Both the position numbers and the translations under genes were made by a program. The notes beneath the pieces were generated by a model. That model had not been told where the DNA came from. It saw only the letters and a program-made list of their open reading frames with translations, and did no database searches. A DNA stretch of 64,000 nt, from assembly GCA_963729895.1 (NCBI GenBank), contig CAVSQB010000014.1, forward strand, positions 11,002 through 75,001, written 5' to 3'. This DNA comes from an uncultured Fibrobacterota bacterium. GTDB lineage: Bacteria; Fibrobacterota; Chitinivibrionia; Chitinivibrionales; FEN-1185. This document shows, in pieces, positions 59,945 through 64,000 of this stretch (position 1 is its first letter; each line of letters starts with the position of its first letter).

Positions 59945-60508
59945 TTATTTCATCTGCTGGATTTCTTTGACCTTGCCGTTGAAAAACACAATCGGACCGC
60001 CGCTGGCGCCCTCTATGGTGAGTGAAAAGCCGTCGGGTTTGTTGGCCCATTGGGCCAGCCGTCCGATGAACTGGGTCCCGTCAATACAGATCAACCTCGA
60101 AACTCTTCCGTAGGCCTCAGGCGGGAGCTTGTCGTTTGCGGGCGGGTACGACACTGTCTTGCCGTGCTGGGAATAATAGTCCCACACGGCGGCCGGACAG
60201 CCGCACTGCGTAAAAAGAAGTGTAACTTCGGCCGGCTTCATGGGCCGCTGGATTTTGTCTTTGAAGGAAACCGTGCCGCCCGTGGGAGTTCCGGTCGGGG
60301 ATACCGAAAAAGCGTATTCCGCTTCAATTTTCAGATATGTCTCTGGATTTCTGGCCGATATCGACGTGATGCGGCCGCCGTCGTCGACGGTGAGTTTGAG
60401 CCCTTCAAACGTCTCCTCGCCGGCAAAGGCAAGGAAGGGCACGCCGGCCGCAACTGCAAGGGACGCCGCTGCTCTGCAGAACATTCGAAATGTCACACGC
60501 ACCTCCAT
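59945..60508 (-). CDS. Secreted hypothetical protein, paralogue 3
   Basis: Signal peptide ending AFA; VDDGGRITSI..RNPETYLKIE and VKEIQQMK motifs shared with the paralogues. Confidence 0.8.
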   Translation of the reverse strand: MEVRVTFRMFCRAAASLAVAAGVPFLAFAGEETFEGLKLTVDDGGRITSISARNPETYLKIEAEYAFSVSPTGTPTGGTVSFKDKIQRPMKPAEVTLLFTQCGCPAAVWDYYSQHGKTVSYPPANDKLPPEAYGRVSRLICIDGTQFIGRLAQWANKPDGFSLTIEGASGGPIVFFNGKVKEIQQMK

Positions 60509-60826
60509 TTTCAGGGTATTGTGTAGTGCCGGAAAGTCATGGTCCGCCTTCGTGCGCGGATTTCCCCTTCTCTTCCTTCCCTCTATTTGACGAAAAAATG
60601 TCCGGAAGGGTTACCATCTTTTTTGTCAATTGAACGAGCCCCTTAACGGCGCGAAGGTTACCCGCCCGGTTACGGGCGCGAGCGGGACCGCGTTTAATTT
60701 CGGGATTTTGCCGGGAAATCATGGGCGTTCCATTCGCTCTCGCTCGGGTTTGCGCCACCCCGTCGGGTGCTTCCAAGGGTCGTCCCTGCGGGCTCGGCTT
60801 GGCCATGTCTTGGTTGAATCCCCTAG

Positions 60827-62138
60827 CAGGTTGTTGAAATAGTCCTAACAGAAGCGCTCTTGTTGATTTTTTATGAACCTAACTTCAACTTTACATATGT
60901 CAGAGAGGTTTTACCTGCCTCGTTCCGAGGCATTTCCCCGGATTCCCAGGCCATTCTCATGCTGCCCCCACCGTTTGCGGCATCAACTTAACCATGCGTA
61001 TCAAGTTGTACGCTGCGGCAACCACGTAGGCAACAGTCTGGTTGATTCGTATTCCTCTTACCCGAGTTTTCCGCAGGCCACCGACGCTCTTGATCCACCC
61101 AAATATCTCTTCAACCCGTTTTCGTTTCCGTTGACTTACGCTGTATCCCTTATGCCGAGTCGTTCTTCCATCCAACCCTTTAAGCGAAGTGTTGGCCTTC
61201 TCGGCAATGTGAGGCTTCACGTGCAGGCGTCGCAGGCTCTTGATAAATTCGGTTGCATGATACCCTTTGTCTGCACCCACCGTCTTCATCCGGCGTTTTC
61301 CGCGCCTGCGTTCATGCTTTATCAGCTCAAGCGCCATATCCCGTTCCGCTGTCCCCGTCGCTGGCGCAATGGCGATATCAACACACAACCCATTTCGGTT
61401 TTCCATCAGCACGTGACCGGAATACGCCAGCTGCGCTCCCGTTCTCTTGTTCTTCCGAGCCAACAGCGCCTCTGGATCGGTTGAACTCTGATGTGTCTCA
61501 TTGCTTCGCTTCTCATGGTGGAAATCAACCGACGGATTACTCCGATCATCGTCAGTCTTGTTCGCCGATTCCGCGTCTTTTCGCTTGAAGCTCTTCATCG
61601 ATGCCCAGGCTTCAATCAACGTGCCGTCAACCGTGAAATGCTCATCGGACAACAACTCTTCGGAACGAGCAAGACGCACGATTTCCTGCATCAGCCGGTG
61701 CGCAATCTCCTGTTCCATAAGTCGATCTCGGTTCTTCGAAAACACACTATGATCAAACGATGCCGCATCCAGATCCATGTCAAGAAACCATCGGAACAGA
61801 ATGTTATAGTCCAGCATCTCGCAAAACAACCGGTCCGACCGTATCGAAAACAAAGCCATCAATATCTGTGCTTTCAAAAGCCATTCCGGCGGTATCGAAG
61901 GGCGCCCCATCCGGCTGTACATCGCCTCAAAGTCACGAGAAAGGCGGCGCAGCGCTATGTCCGTAAACTGTTTGACACGACGAAGCGGGTGCGTTGCCGG
62001 CACTCGGGAATCCGGAGAAACGAAGCTGAACATACCGCCTTGGGCTGGCTGGGAACCTCTCATCAATACTCCTTGGTTGGGGTTCCCCTATAATATAAGG
62101 ATAAATGTTTACAAAAGGGAGACTTTTTCAACACCCTG
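60827..62138 (-). mobile_element. IS5-family insertion sequence (1312 bp) with CTAG target duplication
   Basis: IRs CAGGTTGTTGAAATAGTC and GACTTTTTCAACACCCTG; CTAG at 60823-60826 and 62139-62142. Confidence 0.93.
60957..62066 (-). CDS. IS5-family DDE transposase
   Basis: GRPSIPPE, VDGTLIEAWAS, ADKGY, RKRVEEIFGW and AYNL motifs. Confidence 0.93.
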   Translation of the reverse strand: MMRGSQPAQGGMFSFVSPDSRVPATHPLRRVKQFTDIALRRLSRDFEAMYSRMGRPSIPPEWLLKAQILMALFSIRSDRLFCEMLDYNILFRWFLDMDLDAASFDHSVFSKNRDRLMEQEIAHRLMQEIVRLARSEELLSDEHFTVDGTLIEAWASMKSFKRKDAESANKTDDDRSNPSVDFHHEKRSNETHQSSTDPEALLARKNKRTGAQLAYSGHVLMENRNGLCVDIAIAPATGTAERDMALELIKHERRRGKRRMKTVGADKGYHATEFIKSLRRLHVKPHIAEKANTSLKGLDGRTTRHKGYSVSQRKRKRVEEIFGWIKSVGGLRKTRVRGIRINQTVAYVVAAAYNLIRMVKLMPQTVGAA

Positions 62139-62316
62139 CTAGCGAGTGCATTGTCACTGCGTTCCCTAAGGTATGGTAGTGGCGCTACGCGCCTAGTATT
62201 GTGTCGTTTGCCTTTTCCCCGAAGCTTGCTTCGGGGTTAGCAAGCGACTATAGATATGTTTTTTTCCATAGGGATGGAAGATTCCTCGTCCCGCGGGACG
62301 AGGCTCTTCAATTCCT

Positions 62317-63327
62317 TTATCGCGTGTGGGTAAGCAGAAAATTCCCGATCAACAGGTACACGCCGCCCGCAAATAGGGCCGTGGTGGGGATGGTGAGGAT
62401 CCACGCCCACACGATCTTGCGCGCCGTGATCCACCGCACACTTGCCGCGTGTTCCACCGCGCCCACGCCCATGATGGAGCCGGAAATAACGTGCGTGGTA
62501 CTCACGGGTATTCCGAAATGCGAGGTGCCGATGAGCACGAACGCGGCCGCGGCGTTGGAGCAAAACCCTTCCATTTCCCTTATCCTGGTAATGCTCGTGC
62601 CCATGGTCTTGACAATGCGCCACCCGCCGAAAATCGTGCCGAGGGAGATGGCCGTGTATGCGGAAAAAACCACCCATTTTGGCACCACGAACGAGGAGGT
62701 GACGCCGGCAGTGCATAAAGCAAGTGCCATAATCCCCATGGTTTTCTGCGCATCGTTGGTGCCGTGGCCGATACTGGAAAAAACGGAAGCGATGAGCTGA
62801 AGTGTCTTGAAGATGCCTCTATTTTTCGCCGGATGTGATTTTCTGAAAATCCAGATGGTCAGGATGGTGATGACGGCCGCGCCAAAGCCGCCGATGACCG
62901 GCGCGATAAAGATAAAGAGAAATATCTTGAGCACTCCCCCCCAAATTACCACCTTTGCGCCTGCCGCTGCAATGCCGCTGCCCACGAGCCCGCCGATGAG
63001 CGCATGACTGCTCGATGTCGGCAGTCCCAGAAGCCACGTGAGGATGTTCCAAAGCACTGCGCCCAGCAGCGTTGTCAGCAGGAGCGGCAGGGTAACCTGG
63101 TCGATGTGTACCACTCCCTTGCCTATCATATTTGCTACGGCAAGGCCGAAGGCGAAATAACCGACGAAATTCGAGGTGCCGGCAAGGACCACCGCTTGGA
63201 GCGGGGTGAGGGTCTTGGAGACGACAATGGTTGCGATTGCGTTGGCAGCGTCGTGGAACCCATTGACAAAATCAAAGAGGAGGGCGATAACGATAACGGC
63301 AACAACGAGCGTGAACGTGCTTATCAC
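62317..63327 (-). CDS. pit: Inorganic phosphate transporter (PiT family)
   Basis: NGFHDAANAIAT, GLPTSSSHA, HGTNDAQK and PVSTTH motifs. Confidence 0.95.
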   Translation of the reverse strand: MISTFTLVVAVIVIALLFDFVNGFHDAANAIATIVVSKTLTPLQAVVLAGTSNFVGYFAFGLAVANMIGKGVVHIDQVTLPLLLTTLLGAVLWNILTWLLGLPTSSSHALIGGLVGSGIAAAGAKVVIWGGVLKIFLFIFIAPVIGGFGAAVITILTIWIFRKSHPAKNRGIFKTLQLIASVFSSIGHGTNDAQKTMGIMALALCTAGVTSSFVVPKWVVFSAYTAISLGTIFGGWRIVKTMGTSITRIREMEGFCSNAAAAFVLIGTSHFGIPVSTTHVISGSIMGVGAVEHAASVRWITARKIVWAWILTIPTTALFAGGVYLLIGNFLLTHTR

Positions 63328-63331
63328 CGCG

Positions 63332-63973
63332 TTAACCCTGCTTTACCTTGATGCCGCGGATGAGTTTGCCCACGTAGTCGATGGCGTCGACAACGTTTTC
63401 GAGGTGCTCGTACACTTCCTTGAATTTGATGATATGGATGGGATCTTTTTCCTTGAACAGCTCCGCCATGCTCACGTGGAACAGTTCATCGGCCTCAATT
63501 TCGAGTTCGTGCATCCGGGTTGCGACACCCTTGATGCTTTTATGGGTCTTGAGGTGCTGAACGGCGTGGTTCATTTCCGCTGCGATTTTCACTATGATGT
63601 CCGCGAACTTCCACACGTTTGCAGGCACCTGGCGTATTTGATAAATTTCGATTTTTCGCGATATGCTGTTCAGGATGTCGAGCGCCCGGTCAACGTTGAT
63701 CGCGAGGGTGTGGATGTCTTCCCGGTCGATTGGAGTTATGAACGTCTTATTCAGTTCTTCTATTATGGTACGCTCCACCACGTCGCCGTTCGATTCGCAG
63801 TCCTTGATAACCAAAAGTTCCTTCTTTATCGCGTCTTCGGACAGCGTTTCGATTTTTCCAACGAGTTCTTTGAAGGTGGCGCACCCCTTTTCGAGGTACC
63901 CAACCTGCTGCTCCATGTAAGTGTAAAACTTGGTTTCGCGAGGCAGAAGAAGGTCGAACAGGTTGAAACCCAT
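63332..63973 (-). CDS. DUF47 / PhoU-like Pit accessory protein
   Basis: E..GD, TFITPIDREDI, E.EAD and YEHLE..VD motifs; directly upstream of pit. Confidence 0.92.
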   Translation of the reverse strand: MGFNLFDLLLPRETKFYTYMEQQVGYLEKGCATFKELVGKIETLSEDAIKKELLVIKDCESNGDVVERTIIEELNKTFITPIDREDIHTLAINVDRALDILNSISRKIEIYQIRQVPANVWKFADIIVKIAAEMNHAVQHLKTHKSIKGVATRMHELEIEADELFHVSMAELFKEKDPIHIIKFKEVYEHLENVVDAIDYVGKLIRGIKVKQG

Positions 63974-64000
63974 GCCGGGTTCCTTTCCAAAGAAGGGTAT

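Larger units (their letters stand above)
37974..64000. mobile_element. tRNA-Arg-associated genomic island (right boundary not determined)
   Basis: Integrase, excisionase and replication-like genes, IS elements, gene fragments, lower or variable GC, accessory cargo. The extent beyond about 41 kb is inferred. Confidence 0.6.

Overview
Bacterial chromosomal window, probably from an anaerobe of the Fibrobacterota (inferred from a Fib_succ_major-domain protein and proteins with FlgD/T9SS-like C-terminal domains). Bases 1-37.9 kb are mostly core genome: aminotransferase, NifU-like protein, DUF116, tRNA-Glu with an integrase remnant, tatA-tatC-tatA/B::5-formyl-THF cyclo-ligase fusion, rlmB, priA, purL/purQ, lepB, yqgE, vapBC and a LysM lytic transglycosylase. 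The standout locus (23.4-33.2 kb) is a compact CODH/acetyl-CoA synthase operon, cooC-mesB-like-cooC-cooS-acsB::acsD-acsC. In it, ACS is fused in one ORF to the CoFeSP small subunit, a folate-independent core methionine synthase is embedded, and no acsE or methyl-branch gene is present; this suggests an acetyl-CoA-to-methionine methyl-transfer module. From about 37.97 kb a genomic island starts at a broken tRNA-Arg(TCG). It carries an integrase, an excisionase, a Cys-rich primase-like/wHTH protein, two apparently identical IS3 copies (one splits cusA/czcA), an IS5 with a CTAG duplication, three paralogues of an unknown secreted family, a heavy-metal RND system with a two-component pair, and pit/DUF47. 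The right end of the island is not visible. All calls come from reading motifs by eye; no searches were run.
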